A stretch of DNA of 64,000 nt. Origin: Chrysomallon squamiferum. Lineage: Eukaryota; Animalia; Mollusca. The notes under the pieces are model-generated. The model made no database searches, was not told where the DNA came from, and saw only the letters and a list, made by a program, of their open reading frames with translations. The stretch lies in NCBI GenBank assembly GCA_012295275.1, contig CM022676.1, positions 2,356,001-2,420,000 of the forward strand, written 5' to 3'. A program made the translations under genes and the position numbers. This document shows positions 13,195-28,007 of the stretch, piece after piece (position 1 is the first letter of the stretch; each line of letters starts with the position of its first letter).

Positions 13195-13489
13195 TGTATA
13201 AAACACTTTAAGTTATATTCTGTAACAAAAGAGTAGCACGTGACTGCAGGCAATACAATTGATTTTGACTGAAGCAGCGTGTGATATAATCTGTACTTGA
13301 ACATTTAAAATGTTTCAAATATTAACAACTGTATATTCGTTATGCCGTAGCGTCTGTTTGTTCCAAATTTCAATATTTAAAGTGTTTGGAATATTATTAA
13401 CTCTGTATATTAGTTATATTAGATCTTTACGTACGAATACTTTTCTGTTTAATTTCATTAAAACATTTACAGTATATTCCGTTACTGTT

Positions 13490-13544
13490 ATGGCGCACTG
13501 GTTTTACGTTCTGTTTATGGTGCTATTTCCAGTTACTTCTGTTG
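13490..13544 (+). CDS. Orphan signal-peptide leader exon, unrelated to the Ig leader
   Basis: ATG, MAHWFYVLFMVLFPVTSV+G, 55 nt, perfect G|GTAAGT donor. No convincing downstream exon before the satellite. Confidence 0.5.
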
Positions 13545-14159
13545 GTAAGTTTTAGTTAGTTAAATAACTCTTTTCCATTTAGCTGTTGAAATGCCAGGCA
13601 TGATTTTTACCAGTAATAATTAGTGGCGATATTAAATGAAAATAGTAGTAGACTCACAGTAAACTCGCGCTACCTGTTTTAATATTAACATTAGAGTTAC
13701 TAAAAAAGGTAGTAGAAGCAGTTCTAACAGTAGTAATGTTCCTCGGAGTAAACACAATACACCCAGGTGTTGTTTAGGTCCGTTATGTTGATTGTACTAC
13801 GGTCATATTATAATAATTAAAATAAAGATTAGATTAATCGGTTTAAGAAATAAATATAAGACATTCTTTATATCTTGGTGCAAGAGTGAGGCAGGATCAT
13901 GCTCAGAGGCAAAATGTCAATACATTCGCGTCCTCCATGTCTCAGTATGGGTGACTGGTCGCATCATGACAAGCATAAACCAATCAGTTCTCTTAACATA
14001 TCACGTGAACTTAGTCTGTGTGTATCCATCGCAAATAAAAACGTTTCTTTCACAGAAAAAAGAAGTTGAGTATTTTATCATCATCAACATCATCATCAAT
14101 ATTATTATTTATATCATTATTAGTATTATGTTGTTGTTGTCGTATTTTACAACTGAAGG

Positions 14160-14308
14160 AGTCAAGCAAACAAAAAAGAACCACTTTAAAACTTTAAAAT
14201 GATCGAAGAATTAGTGAGTACATCTCACCTAAGGGACCTCACTCTAATCGATATGATTTTTTCTTTGATTAGTTTATATATAAAGAAAGACAGACAGAGA
14301 CACACACA

Positions 14309-14357
<49 letters not shown>

Positions 14358-17300
14358 CACGGAGAAAAACCTCTGGTACTGAATGCATATACAATTGTAA
14401 AAGAATCAAAATTCAATTAATTAAAAATTGCCAGAAAATTTAAAAACAAATAAATTTCAGAATATTAATAAATACAACATGAAATAATAAATACTGATAT
14501 TACAAAAACGATTCCATCAACTGACACAAACAATTATTTTATTTACTGACTTCTTAATTATAACAACAATACGCAAACTAGACAGGATATATAAGAAATA
14601 AGTAAGTAAACAAATAAAGAACGACTTTGAAAGTTTAAAACGATAATATATGTTTGTCACCTAAGAACACACTAATCACATATCACTAAGGGAGATAATT
14701 CTAATCGACATAATTTTTACTTCGCTTAGTAAATACATCTGACGTAAGGGACCTAACTCTAATCGATATCATTTTTTCTTTGCTTTGTTTATATATATAT
14801 ATACAGACAGACAGACACACCCACACACACACACACAGAGAAAAACCTATGTTCCTGAATGATTATAAAATTGTAAAAGAAACAATATTCAATTAATTAA
14901 AAATTGCCAGAAAATTTAAAAACAAATAAATTTCAGAATATTAATAAATACAAAATGAAATTATAAATACTGATATTATAAAAACGATTCTATCAAATGA
15001 CACCAAAAATTATTTTCTTTACTGATTTTTTAATTATAACAACAACAAGCAAAGTGGACATTATAGAGTAAATAAATAAGGAAACAAAAAAGAACCACTT
15101 TAAAACTTTAAAATGATCGAAGAATTAGTGAGTACATCTCACCTAACGGACCTAACTCTAATCGATATGATTTTTTCTTTGCTTTGTTTATATATATATA
15201 GAGAGACAGACACACACACACACACACACTTACAAAGAGAAAAACCTCTTCTACAGAATGATTATAACATTTTAAAAGAAACGAAATTCAATTAATTAAA
15301 AATTGCCAGAAAATTTAAAAAGAAATAAATTTCAGAATATTAATAAATACAAAATGAAATAATAAATACTGATACTATAAAAACGATTCTATCAAATGAC
15401 ACAAAAAATTATTTTATTTACTGATTTTTTAATTATAACAACAATAAGCAAAGAAAACAGGATAGAGTAGATAAATAAGGAAACAAAAAAGAACCACTTT
15501 AAAACTTTAAAATGATCGAAGAATTAGTGAGTACATCTCACCTAAGGGACTTCACTCTAATCGATATGATGTTTTCTTTGCTTAGTTTATATATATACAG
15601 AAAGACAGACAGACACACACACACACACACACACACACACTTTCAAAGAGAAAAACCTCTAGTACTGAATGCATATACAATTGTAAAATAATCAAAATTC
15701 AATTAATTAAAAATTGGCAGCAAATTTTTAAAAAGAAACATATTTCAGAATATTAATAAATACAAAATGAAATAATAAATACTGATATTATAAAAACGAT
15801 TCCATCAAATCACACAAACAATTATTTTATTTACTGATTATTTAACTATAACAACAATAAGCAAAGTAGACAGGATATATAAGAAAGAAGTAAGTAAACA
15901 TATAAAGAACGACTTTGAACGTTTAAAACGATCGAAGTCTTATTGAGCACATCTCACCTATTGGACCTCACTCTAATCGATATGATTTTTTCTTTGCTTA
16001 GTTTATATATATACAGACAGACAGACACACAGACACACACAAAGACACACACACACACACACACACTTACAAAGAGAAAAACCTCTTGTACTGAATGATT
16101 ATAAAATTGTAAAAGAAAGAAATGATTTTATTTTTAGATACAGTTAAAACATTTTAGTAGATAATAATCTAAGTTTATTTCTTGTATTATTTTATTTCTT
16201 TATAATATTATTATTATTCTTTTAATGTTTCGTTTTCTTTCTTTCTCAACGTGAATTATAATATTTAGTCATAATGATGTATTTACATTCGTAAGTTTTA
16301 ATGGTAGGTAGCAATAATAGTTGGACATTTTAGCTTATTAAAATATTTCCAAATCATAACGTATTTTTATTTGTTTTCTAAATGCAAAAATGACTAATTT
16401 GGTTTACATTTTAATATAAAACGTTAGGGACATTTAAAGAACCATATGAAATTTCTAATCAGACAAATAGAGAGACAGCCAGATAGATTACATAGAGAAT
16501 AGATTATATAAAAAAACTATCTGAAATCATCATACAAATAAAATAGTCCTGTCTAATTGAATTAAAACAAATAAATTTCAGAATATTAATAAATACAAAA
16601 TGAAATAATAAATACTTATACTATAAAAACGACTCTATCAAATGACACAAACAAATTATTTTATTTACTGATTTTTTAATTATAACAACAATAAGCAAAG
16701 CAGACAGGATATATAAGAAATAAGTAAGTAAACAAATAAAGAACGACTTTGAAAGTTTAAAACGATCGAAGTCTTATTGAGCACATCTCACCTATTGGAC
16801 CTCACTCTAATCGATATGATTTTTTCTTTGCTTAGTTTATATATATACAGACAGACAGACACACACACACATGCACACACACACTTACACAGAGAAAAAC
16901 CTCTGGTACTGAATGCATATACAATTTTAAAAGAATCAAAATTCAGTTAATTAAAAATTGCCAGAAAATTTAAAAAGAAATAAATTTCAGAATATTAATA
17001 AATACAAAATGAAATAATAAATACTGATACTATAAAAACGATTCTATCAAATGACACAAAAAATTATTTTATTTACTGATTTTTTAATTATAACAACAAT
17101 AAGCAAAGTAAACAGGATAGAGTAGATAAATAAGCAAAAAAAAATGAACCACTTTAAAACTTTAAAATGATCGAAGAATTAGTGAGTTCATATCACCTTA
17201 GGGACCTCACTCTAATCGATATGATTTTTTCTTTGCTTTTTTTATATATCTACAGACAGACAGACACACCCACATATACGCACTTACAAAGAGAAAAACC

Positions 17301-18453
17301 TCTGGTACTGAATGATTATAAAATTGTAAAAGAAACAAAATTCAATTAATTAAAAATTGCCAGAAAATTTAAAAACAAATAAATTTCAGAATATTAATAA
17401 ATACAAAATGAAATAATAAATACTGATATTATAAAAACGATTCTATCAAATGACACAAATAATTATTTTATTTACTGATTTTTTAATTATAACAGCAAGA
17501 AGTAAAGTAGACAGGATAGAGTAAATAAATAAGCAAACAGAAAAGAACCACTTTAAAACTTTAAAATGATCGAAGAATTAGTGAGTACATCTCACCTAAG
17601 GGACCTCACTCTAATCGATATGATTTTTTCTTTGGTTTGTTTTTATATATACAGACAGACATACACACCCACACACAAACACTTACAAAGAGAAAAACCT
17701 CTGGTACTGAATGATTATAAAATTGTAAAAGAAACGAAATTCAATTCATTAAAAATTGCCAGAAAATTTAAAAACAAATAAATTTCAGAATATTAATAAA
17801 TACAAAATGAAATAATAAATGCTGATACTATAAAAACGATTCTATCAAATGAAACAAAAAATTATTATTTGTACTGATTTTTTAATTATAACAACAATAA
17901 GCAAAGGAGACAGGATAGAGTAAATAAATAAACAAACAATAAGGAACCAATTTAAAACTTTAAAATGATCGAAGACTTAGTGAGTACATCTCACCTAAGG
18001 GACCTCACTCTAATCGATATGATTTTGTCTTTGCTTTGTTTATATATATACAGACAGACAGACAGACAGACACACACACACACACTTACACAGAGAACAA
18101 CTTCTGGTACTGAATGCATATACAATTGTAAAAGAATCAAAATTCAATTAATTATAAATTGCCAAAAAATTTAAAAACAAATAAATTTCAGAATATTAAT
18201 AAATACAAAATGAAATAATAAATACTGATATTATAAAACGATTCCATCAAATGACACAAAAAATTATTTTATTTACTGATTTTTTAATTATAACAACAAC
18301 AAGCAAAGTGGACATTATAGAGTAAATAAATAAGGAAACAAAAAAGAACCACTTTAAAACTTTAAAATGATCGAAGAATTAGTGAGTACATCTCACCTAA
18401 GGGACTTCACTCTAATCGATATGATGTTTTCTTTGCTTAGTTTATATATATAT

Positions 18454-18521
<68 letters not shown>

Positions 18522-18903
18522 TCAAAGAGAAAAACCTCTAGTACTGAATGCATATACAATTGTAAAATAATCAAAATTCAATTAATTAAAAATTGGCAGC
18601 AAATTTTTAAAAAGAAACATATTTCAGAATATTAATAAATACAAAATGAAATAATAAATACTTATACTATAAAAACGACTCTATCAAATGACACAAACAA
18701 ATTATTTTATTTACTGATTTTTTAATTATAACAACAATAAGCAAAGCAGACAGGATATATAAGAAATAAGTAAGTAAACAAATAAAGAACGACTTTGAAA
18801 GTTTAAAACGATCGAAGTCTTATTGAGCACATCTCACCTATTGGACCTCACTCTAATCGATATGATTTTTTCTTTGCTTAGTTTATATATATACAGACAG
18901 ACA

Positions 18904-18960
<57 letters not shown>

Positions 18961-21092
18961 AAAAACCTCTGGTACTGAATGCATATACAATTTTAAAAGA
19001 ATCAAAATTCAGTTAATTAAAAATTGCCAGAAAATTTAAAAAAAATAAATTTCAGAATATTAATAAATACAAAAAGAAATAATAAATACTGATATTAAAA
19101 AACCGATTCTATCAAATGACACAAAAAATTATTATTTGTACTGATTTTTTAATTATAACAACAATAAGCAAAGGAGACAGAAATAAGTAAGTAAACAAAT
19201 AAAGAACGACTTTCAAAGTTTAAAACGATCGAAGGCTTAGTGACTACATCTCACCTATTGGACGTCACTATAATATATGTTTGTGAACACATATCACTAA
19301 AGGGAGATAAGTCTAATCGACATAATTTTTACTTCGCTTAGTTAATACATTCCACGTAAGGGACTTAACTCTAATCGATATGATTTTTCCTTTGCTTTGT
19401 TTATATATATACAGACAGACAGACACACCGACACACACACACAGAGAGAAACACCTCTGGTACTGAATGATTATACAATTGTAAAAGAAACAAAATTCAA
19501 TTAATTAAAAATTGCCAGAAAATTTAAAAACAAATAAATTTCAGAATATTAATAAATACAAAAAGAAAAAAGAAATACTGAAATTAAAAAACCGATTCTA
19601 TCAAATGACACAAAAAATTATTTTATTTACTGATTTTTTAATTATAACAGCAACAAGCAAAGTGGACATTATAGGGTAAATAAATAAGCAAACAAAAAAG
19701 AACCACTTTAAAACTTTAAAATGATCGAAGAATTAGTGAGTAGATCTCACCTAAGGGAGCTCACTCTAATCGATATGATTTTTTCTTTGCTAAGTTTATA
19801 TATATACAGACAAACAGACAGACACACACACACACGCACACACGCACACATTTTCACAGAGAAAAACCTCTGGTACTGAATACATATACAATTTTAAAAG
19901 AATCAAAATTCAGTTAATTAAAAATTGCCAGAAAATTTAAAACCAAATAAATTTCAGAATATTAATAAATACAAAAAGAAATAATAAATACTGATATTAA
20001 AAAACCGATTCTATCAAATGACACAAAAAATTATTATTTGTACTGATTTTTTAATTGTAACAACAATAAGCAAAGGGGACAGGATAAAGTAAATAAATAA
20101 GCAAATAATAAGGAACCAATTTAAAACTTTAAAATGATCGAAGACTTAGTGAGTACATCTCACCAAAAGGACCTCAGTCTAATCGATATGATTTTTTCTT
20201 TGCTTTGTTTATATATATACAGACAGACAGACACACACATACTTACACAGAGAACAACCTCTGGTACTGAATGCATATACAATTGTAAAAGAATCAAAAT
20301 TCAATTAATTAAAAATTGCCAGAAAATTTAAAACGAAATAAATTTCAGAATATTAATAAATACAAAATGAAATAATAAATACTGATATTATAAAACGATT
20401 CTATCAAATGACACAAAAAATTATTTTATTTACTGAATTTTTAATTATAAAAACAATAAGCAAAGTAGACAGCATATATATAAGAAATAAGTAAGTAAAC
20501 AAATAAAGAACGACTTTGAAAGTTTAAAACGATCGAAGGCTTAGTGAGTACATCTCACCTATTGGACCTCACTCTAATATATTTTTGTGAACACATATCA
20601 CTAAAGGGAGATAATTCTAATCGACATAATTTTTACTTAGCTTAGTGAATACATGTGACGTAAGGGACCTAAATCTAATCGATATGATTTTTTTTTTTGC
20701 TTTGTTTATATATGTACAGACAAACAGACACACCGACACACACACACAGAGAGAAAAACCTCTGGTACTGAATGATTATACAATTGTAAAAGAAACAAAA
20801 TTCAATTAATTAAAAATTGCCAGAAAATTTAAAAACAAATACATTTCAGAATATTAATAAATACAAAAAGAAATAATAAATACTGATATTAAAAAACCGA
20901 TTCTATCAAATGACACAAAAAATTATTTTATTTACTGATTTTTTAATTATAACAGCAATAAGCAAAGTGGACATTATAGGGTAAATAAATAAGCAAACAA
21001 AAAAGAACCACTTTAAAACTTTAAAATGATCGAAGAATTAGTGAGTACATCTCACCTAAGGGACCTAACTCTAATCGATATGATTTTTTCTT
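14160..21092. repeat. Tandem satellite, ~400-bp monomer, ~16 copies
   Basis: The anchor aaaa(t/c)gatcgaag..ttagtgagtacatctcacc recurs, e.g. at 17167, 17566, 17965 and 18367 (spacings 399, 399, 402). Each monomer holds a (TA)(CAGA)(CA) microsatellite. Interrupted at ~16120-16560. Confidence 0.95.
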
Positions 21093-21221
21093 TTAGATTA
21101 CATAGAAAATAGATTATATAAAAAAAACTATCTGAAATCATCATACAAATAAAATAGTCTGAATGGTATTTGAAGGAAGAAGTATGAAGAACGATAGATA
21201 ATAGAGACAGACAGAGAGAGA

Positions 21222-21293
<72 letters not shown>

Positions 21294-21675
21294 AAATAAT
21301 AATAATAATAACGCCAAATGAAAATGAAAGAACAACAAAATTTATTAAGAAGAGTAAATAAAACTGAATAAACCACTACAATTACTACAACAACAACTAC
21401 TAAAACTACTGCTACTACTAGTACTAATCATAAGTAATATTGCAATAATAACGGTCGGGGGGGGGAAAGAAGAAAACAATAGAAAAAAACAAAATAAAAA
21501 CAACAACAACAGAAAAGCAATGATTAACATCACCTAAATAAACTCTCAGTACTTATTATTATGAAAGCTTAGTATAGATATTATGTTCAATACAAATTCT
21601 TAATTTCATTACTGGAAACGTAAAACGCGTCAAACGCGTATTAATACGTTTATGATCAATATAAGAGATATAAGG

Positions 21676-21888
21676 TAATAAAGATGTAACTATTGTCATA
21701 ATAAAGATGTATCTATTTTGGTAATAAAGATGTATCTATTGTGGTAATAAAGGTGTAACTATTGTGGTAATAAAGGTGTATATATTGTAATAGTAAAGAT
21801 ATATCTATTGTGGTAATAACGATATATCTATTGTAATAATAAAGATGTATCTGTTGTGGTAATAAAGACGTATCTAAGGTGATAATAA
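21676..21888. repeat. 23-bp minisatellite, ~9 copies
   Basis: Consensus taataaagatgtatctattgtgg. Confidence 0.9.
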
Positions 21889-22059
21889 CAGAGCTAAAGT
21901 TAATCTAGCCCAGGGTTAGGTTCCGCCTAGTGAACTGTAGGGGAACAGGTTATTACTGGTTTACTGGCACGTGCAAGAGGAATCCGCTCCATCTTCCTGG
22001 CCGAAAGGGAATGGTTCAGTCCATGTAGGAAGTGCCGAGGGTGCAGCTAAGATAAAGTA

Positions 22060-22385
22060 GATATAATTGATCTTAGGAATATCGAAGAAAAAGACCTTGC
22101 AGTCGAATATAGGACCAACCCTGATCTTCAGTGCCATGTTGGTAGAGCCGCTGCCTTGTCACTCCTCACATTGAACCAAGTGTAAGATATCTGGATGGAT
22201 GTTCTGAACGACAGTTTCGACCTTCCAAGGCTAGAGCAGTTCAACGACTACATCACCCACACATGGGTGTACGATGACGCCATATTTCAGCTACTACTGT
22301 GGGACAAAAAACAATCTTGATGGATTCCACATCAAGTTGATGAACCGAATCCGAAAAGCTCATCCCAACCTGTTTGAGTTCGTTA
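22060..22385 (+). mobile_element. Decayed second copy of the MULE transposase fragment
   Basis: Nucleotide paralog of 22845-23160 (aaagaccttgcagtcga, cagttcaacgactacatcacccacacatggg) with stops and deletions. Confidence 0.75.
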
Positions 22386-22394
22386 TAAACAGAA

Positions 22395-22487
<93 letters not shown>

Positions 22488-22684
22488 TAATAATAATAAT
22501 AATAATAAAGCCAAATGAAAATGAAAGAACAACAAAATCTATTAAGAAGAGTAAACATTACAATTACACTACAATTATTGCAACAACAGCTACTAATTGG
22601 TTTGTAAGCATTAATTTCATCTGTTTTTCTTTTACAATATACAAAATAATGGTTAAGTGTATAATACACTAAAGAAAATATTCC

Positions 22685-23227
22685 ATGTTTATAAATGAAG
22701 CTGTCCACGATAGAACTGGAGCTGAACCCACACCGCGTGTAGTACAGACAGACTCTGAGGTGGCTGTTATCCAAGCTGCTCAAGAGATGTACCCAGACGC
22801 CGAGATCAGAGGATGTTTTAATCAAACTGTGTGGAGGAAAGTCTCAGAGAAAGACCTTGCAGTCGAGTACAGGAACAACCCTGATCTACTCCGCCATGTT
22901 CGTAGAGCCGCTGTCTTGTCACTACTCCCACGCAACCAAGTGCAGGACGTCGTGAACGACAGTCGCGACCTTCCAAGGGTAGATCAGTTCAACGACTACA
23001 TCACCCACACATGGGTGGACGATGACGCCAGATTTCAGCTACTACTCTGGAACCACTGGGCCAGACTGGGACCTCGGACCAACATCAAGCTTGAACGATT
23101 CTACAACAAGTCGAAGAACCGGATCCGAAAATCTCATCGCAACCTGTCTGAGTTCGTTACACACATACAGAGAGTCCAGGCTACAGACCGTGCAAGAATA
23201 GTTGAAGTCAACCTTGGAGGATACTAG
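22685..23227 (+). mobile_element. MULE (Mutator-like) transposase remnant
   Basis: VQTDSEVAVIQAAQEMYPDAEIRGCFNQTVWRKV matches DFExAxxxAxxxxFPxxxxxGCxFHxxQxxWRK. PRTNIKLERFYNK matches RTNNxxEGWHNK. N-terminal half and TIRs not seen. Confidence 0.8.
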
Positions 23228-23265
23228 TAAAGACAAGACAGCCTGTTTGAGTTCGTCACACACAT

Positions 23266-23391
<126 letters not shown>

Positions 23392-23724
23392 AAAATATGT
23401 ATATTTAAGTCACCTGTCTAATTATTTGGTAAGTATAAATATATCTGATATTAACAGTCCGCTAAAATGCAGTTATATAAAATATCCATTATCTGTATGA
23501 TCATTATCGGATAAGTATATAATATTTGCCTGGAAAAATGTATCCATGCATCATGATCAAATTGCAGCATTTATGTTTAAACAATGACTTCTTTGATACA
23601 TTTACCAGGCACGGTTGACTTGAACAATGTGAAGCTTTGGGAATGTTTTTTAATTCCGTAATCAAACAACATATCCTGTCAGATTCTCACTTACGGTCAC
23701 GTGAATCACAGTCACCACATGACA

Positions 23725-23800
23725 ACATCGCAGCTCCGAGTGATCGAACTCGCGACCTTTCAGTTATACGTCCAGCGATAGTAAAGCTTCACCATCACGG
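23725..23800 (-). mobile_element. Possible tRNA-derived SINE head
   Basis: Minus strand has ggtcgcgagttcgatcac (B-box and T-arm-like) ~40 nt after a weak A-box-like tgatggtgaag. No full cloverleaf. Confidence 0.35.
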
Positions 23801-23864
23801 GAATATAACGTATTTGTATTTGAGTAACTGTTATTTAATTTTATTTCATTTTATTTATTTATAA

Positions 23865-23897
<33 letters not shown>

Positions 23898-24469
23898 GCC
23901 AAATGAAAATGAAAGAACAACAACAACTGAAGAAGAGTAAATAAAACTGAATAAACCACTACAATTACTACAACAACAACTACTAAAATTACTGCTACTA
24001 CTAGTACTAATCATAAGTAATATTGCAATAATAACGGTCGGGGGGTGGGTGTCAGAACAAAATAATAGAAAAAACAAAACAAACAAAACAAAAACAACAA
24101 CAAAAGAAAAGCAACGATTAATATCACCTAAATAAACTGACAGTACTTATTATTATTATGAAAGCTCAATATAGATTTGTAATTTCATTACCGATTTTGT
24201 CAAACGCTTATTAATACTTTTACGATCGATGTATAAGGGATATCTTCTTTGAAACAAGTAGCTGATTAAAAGCAGGACAGAATCCGAGTGAATACTTTCA
24301 AAAACAAAAATTCTCAACTAAATTAATAATTAGAGGAAATGTACGTATACTGAAACCCACAACTTGTGACCTTCATTGCTCAGTTCAGACGGAATCAACG
24401 AAGATCAAACTAATCGTATTTGATAGACGTTACAGAGCCCAAGACATTCGTTAACCACAGTCAGTTATG

Positions 24470-24660
24470 TTGTCCATGATCGACATTTAAACTGATCGAC
24501 ATCTTTGATCGCAGCATGTCTGACTGTGTCAACTCGGAAGTCAACTGTGACGAGGAGTTCTGTTGTATCTGAACTTTCCACTTCAAATCTGGCTACAGCT
24601 GCACAATCAGCATCTAACCACACGTTTGGGTTGAAGGGCAAAATGCCTCAACATTTCGTA
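24470..24660 (-). mobile_element. Possible pogo/Tigger transposase C-terminal remnant
   Basis: KC*GILPFNPNVWLDADCA resembles the FxKxGIxPFNxxxFxDxDF motif. Single short motif only. Confidence 0.3.
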
Positions 24661-24809
24661 TGTGATTCAAGATAAGAACGGCGTGGTTGTTCAATACAGG
24701 GGACTAGACAATGAAAATACCCGAATGTAGTTTTTCTGACGCGGCGTGAAATTCAACTTTTTTCGATCATCATAAGCAAACACTATGGCATGAAATTCAA
24801 CCTTTTTCA

Positions 24810-25904
24810 AAGAAATGTTGTTATGTGTTGAATGTATGCAATGTATATTGGATGTATATATAATGAATAAAGGGCTGAATTAGGCTTTAGATAATGAAGA
24901 TATGCGAAACAATAACTAAATGTTCCTAATTTGAAATTATAAATTTTACACCAAATCCACTGCATCAGCAAACAAAACTGTGAAGATGACATCCAGTTCA
25001 GCTAAAATATCATTCAGAGCGTACACAGATGCAGATATCAGTTTTATTTATTTATTGTATTTCTTTTATTAGCAACTGGGAAAACCCCCATAATTCGCAC
25101 GCAGAGTAAAGAATGTGAGAGATCGAGATTGTCACGTAGTACAGTGACCTAGTAACAACTATTATCAAACTTAACTTCGAGAAAGTTCTATATATAAGCC
25201 CAAATCTAAATAAAGTGTCGGTTATAACATGGCGGATGTGAGAATTATTCTGGACATAAATATTTAATTTCAATAGCAAGAAAAATAATGTCGAAGGTTT
25301 TTTAATACTTTAATGATCTATGTTTGTATAAGAGTTGTCTTCCCTGAAACACCTAGATCACAACAAGCAGGTCAAAGTTCGAATGAATAACTTTTAAAAG
25401 TAAATATTCTTAATTATCTTAATAATTATCTCAATCACAAAGTGATTTATTGATTTAGTTTTCATAAAATAAAAATAGGACTAAATTAAGATGATAACTA
25501 GTACTTATCATTATTTCTTAAAGAGCTAATTTGAAATTAAAAGTAGTATTTATTGCTTTGTTTTCCTGTAAAAAGTCAGATATTTACTAGGAAGTAATTT
25601 ACATACAGGACACACTGCTGAAAGTGACGTTTCTAGAAGGTAAGTTTTTCTTTTCGTTAGAAACAAAGATTTTTCTTATTACTGATTTTCCTGTAGATAT
25701 ATTTTGAAACCAGATTATCCATTTGAAACAAATACAGTGAAATAGTGGTTATTTGTTGAAGGTATGCTGTGTGTTTTGGATGTATACATAAAGAATATTA
25801 AAAATATCTGTAAACGATTTTACCACGTAGTACTGTGACCTAGTTAACAATGTTATCAAACTTTACCTTCGAGAATGTTCGCCGCTAAGATATCTGAAAA
25901 CAAG

Positions 25905-25946
<42 letters not shown>

Positions 25947-26122
25947 TCAAAAAAAAAAAAAAAAAAAAAAAAAAGAGATGAAATAAATAAATGAAAAGAA
26001 AAAAAAAAAAAGAAAGTACCTACCTACAAGACAACAACAGAAACAACAACAAACAAACAAACAAAAAAAACGTCCTAATTAAACTGACATTTAGACATGG
26101 TACCTCTGAGTATTACGCTGAA

Positions 26123-26166
<44 letters not shown>

Positions 26167-27322
26167 TAGTAGTAATTATAAAATAAAATGAAATAAAATA
26201 AAATCCAACAAGAGTCCCATTCCCCACCAAAAGAAAAGAAACAAACGAAGAAACGAACCAAAAATAAAAAATAAAATAAAAGAAGAACGAAATAAAAAGT
26301 AAAACAATTAGAGGGCTGAAAAAACGTAGTACAAAATAATAAGCCTAAACTCACTTGAATAAACTGTCAGGTATAACATGGTGGACGGAGGATAAATATT
26401 GATATAAATATTTAATTTTATTACCAAAAAAAATAATTTCGTCAAATGCTTCTTGATGGTTTGAGGATCAGTGTATAAGTGTTATCTCCCTGAAACTCCT
26501 CATTGTTAGAGTGGATAACGTTTGAAAAATAAATCACTATATCAATGGTAAAGTGATTTTTAATTCAGTTTTCATAAAATAAAATTAGGAATATATTAAG
26601 AAGATAACTACTACTTATTATTATATTTAAATGTGTAAATTTAAAATTGAAATTATTAACTATTTTGTTTTGTTTTCATGGAAACATACGTTTACTAGGA
26701 AATAATTTACATATACAACACATTGCTAAAGGTGACGTTTCTAGAAGGGGTAAGTTATTATTTTTGTTACAAACAAATATTATTATTATTAGTGATTTTT
26801 ATGTAGATACATTTCTAAACATAATTGTTTATTTATAACAAATACACTGAAATCGTCGTTATGTGTTGAATGTATGCAGTGTATATTGGATGTATATGTA
26901 ATGAAGGAGCGGATTAGTCTTTAGATAATGAAGATTTGCGAAACAATAACTAAATATCCGTAGTTTCAAATTATAAAGATTACACTGTAAACTTTACAGT
27001 ATTTGTCTGTTCACAGTTATTCGCTTTGCTCTCTTCCATTGCTTGTCGCCATATCCACTTCGTCAGTAAATCAAACTGTGAAGCTGACATCTAGTTCAGC
27101 TAAAATATTATTCAGTACTTCAGAGTGTACACAGAAGTTGATATCAGTTTATCAATTTTATTTATTTATTAGAAACTTGGAAACCCTGCATAATCCGCCC
27201 CTCGAATAAAGAATGTACGTAATAGACTTTGTCACGTAGTCCAGTGACCTAGTTAACAATGTTAACAAACTTTACCTTCGAGAATGTTCGGCGCTTCGAC
27301 ATGCGAAAAACAATTTAGATAA

Positions 27323-27420
<98 letters not shown>

Positions 27421-27900
27421 TACAGTACGACAACAATAACAGCAATAAACAAATAAAAAACCGGACTAATTAAACTGACAAATATAAATGGTACATTTGA
27501 GTATTACGCTGAAAATAAATATTTATTTTTATTACCCACAAAATAATTTTCTCAAAAATAATTGTTAACGATGCAACGATTGATGTTCCTCTAAAAGTTA
27601 TCTACTCAGATAAAACGCAGGTCAAAGTTCGAGTGGAAAACGTTTTTAAAATAAAAATACTCAAATGCATTAATAATTATTTCAACCGTACAATTTCATT
27701 AGAAAGAAAACCAAAGTGTGAAGCTGACATCTAGTTCAGCTAAAATATCACTCAGAGCTTGAAAGTGTACACAGATGTAGACATCAGTTTTATTTATTTA
27801 TTAATAATCTGGCTCTAGATTCAAAAATGAATGTATTAGTTAACAATGTTATCTGACTTTACCTTCGAGAAAGTTCGCCGCTCAGACATCAGAAAACCAA
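24810..27900. repeat. Degenerate tandem or segmental repeat, ~1.1-kb period
   Basis: gtgacgtttctagaagg at ~25624 and ~26732. gtgacctag(t)taacaa..cttcgagaa at ~25144, ~25836, ~27244 and partly ~27838. Confidence 0.7.
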
Positions 27901-27905
27901 TGTAG

Positions 27906-28007
<102 letters not shown>

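Noticed and set aside
14199-20331. Repeated MIEELVSTSHL ORFs as a peptide gene family
   Set aside because: They are translations of the satellite monomer. Frame and length change with the internal microsatellite, and many monomers lack the ATG.
21676-21888. CRISPR-like array, also considered for 30253-30645
   Set aside because: Repeats are head-to-tail without unique spacers, in eukaryotic intron-containing DNA with no cas genes.
23725-23800. Functional tRNA gene
   Set aside because: Only a B-box-like arm is recognisable and there is no acceptor stem, so it is treated as a possible SINE head.
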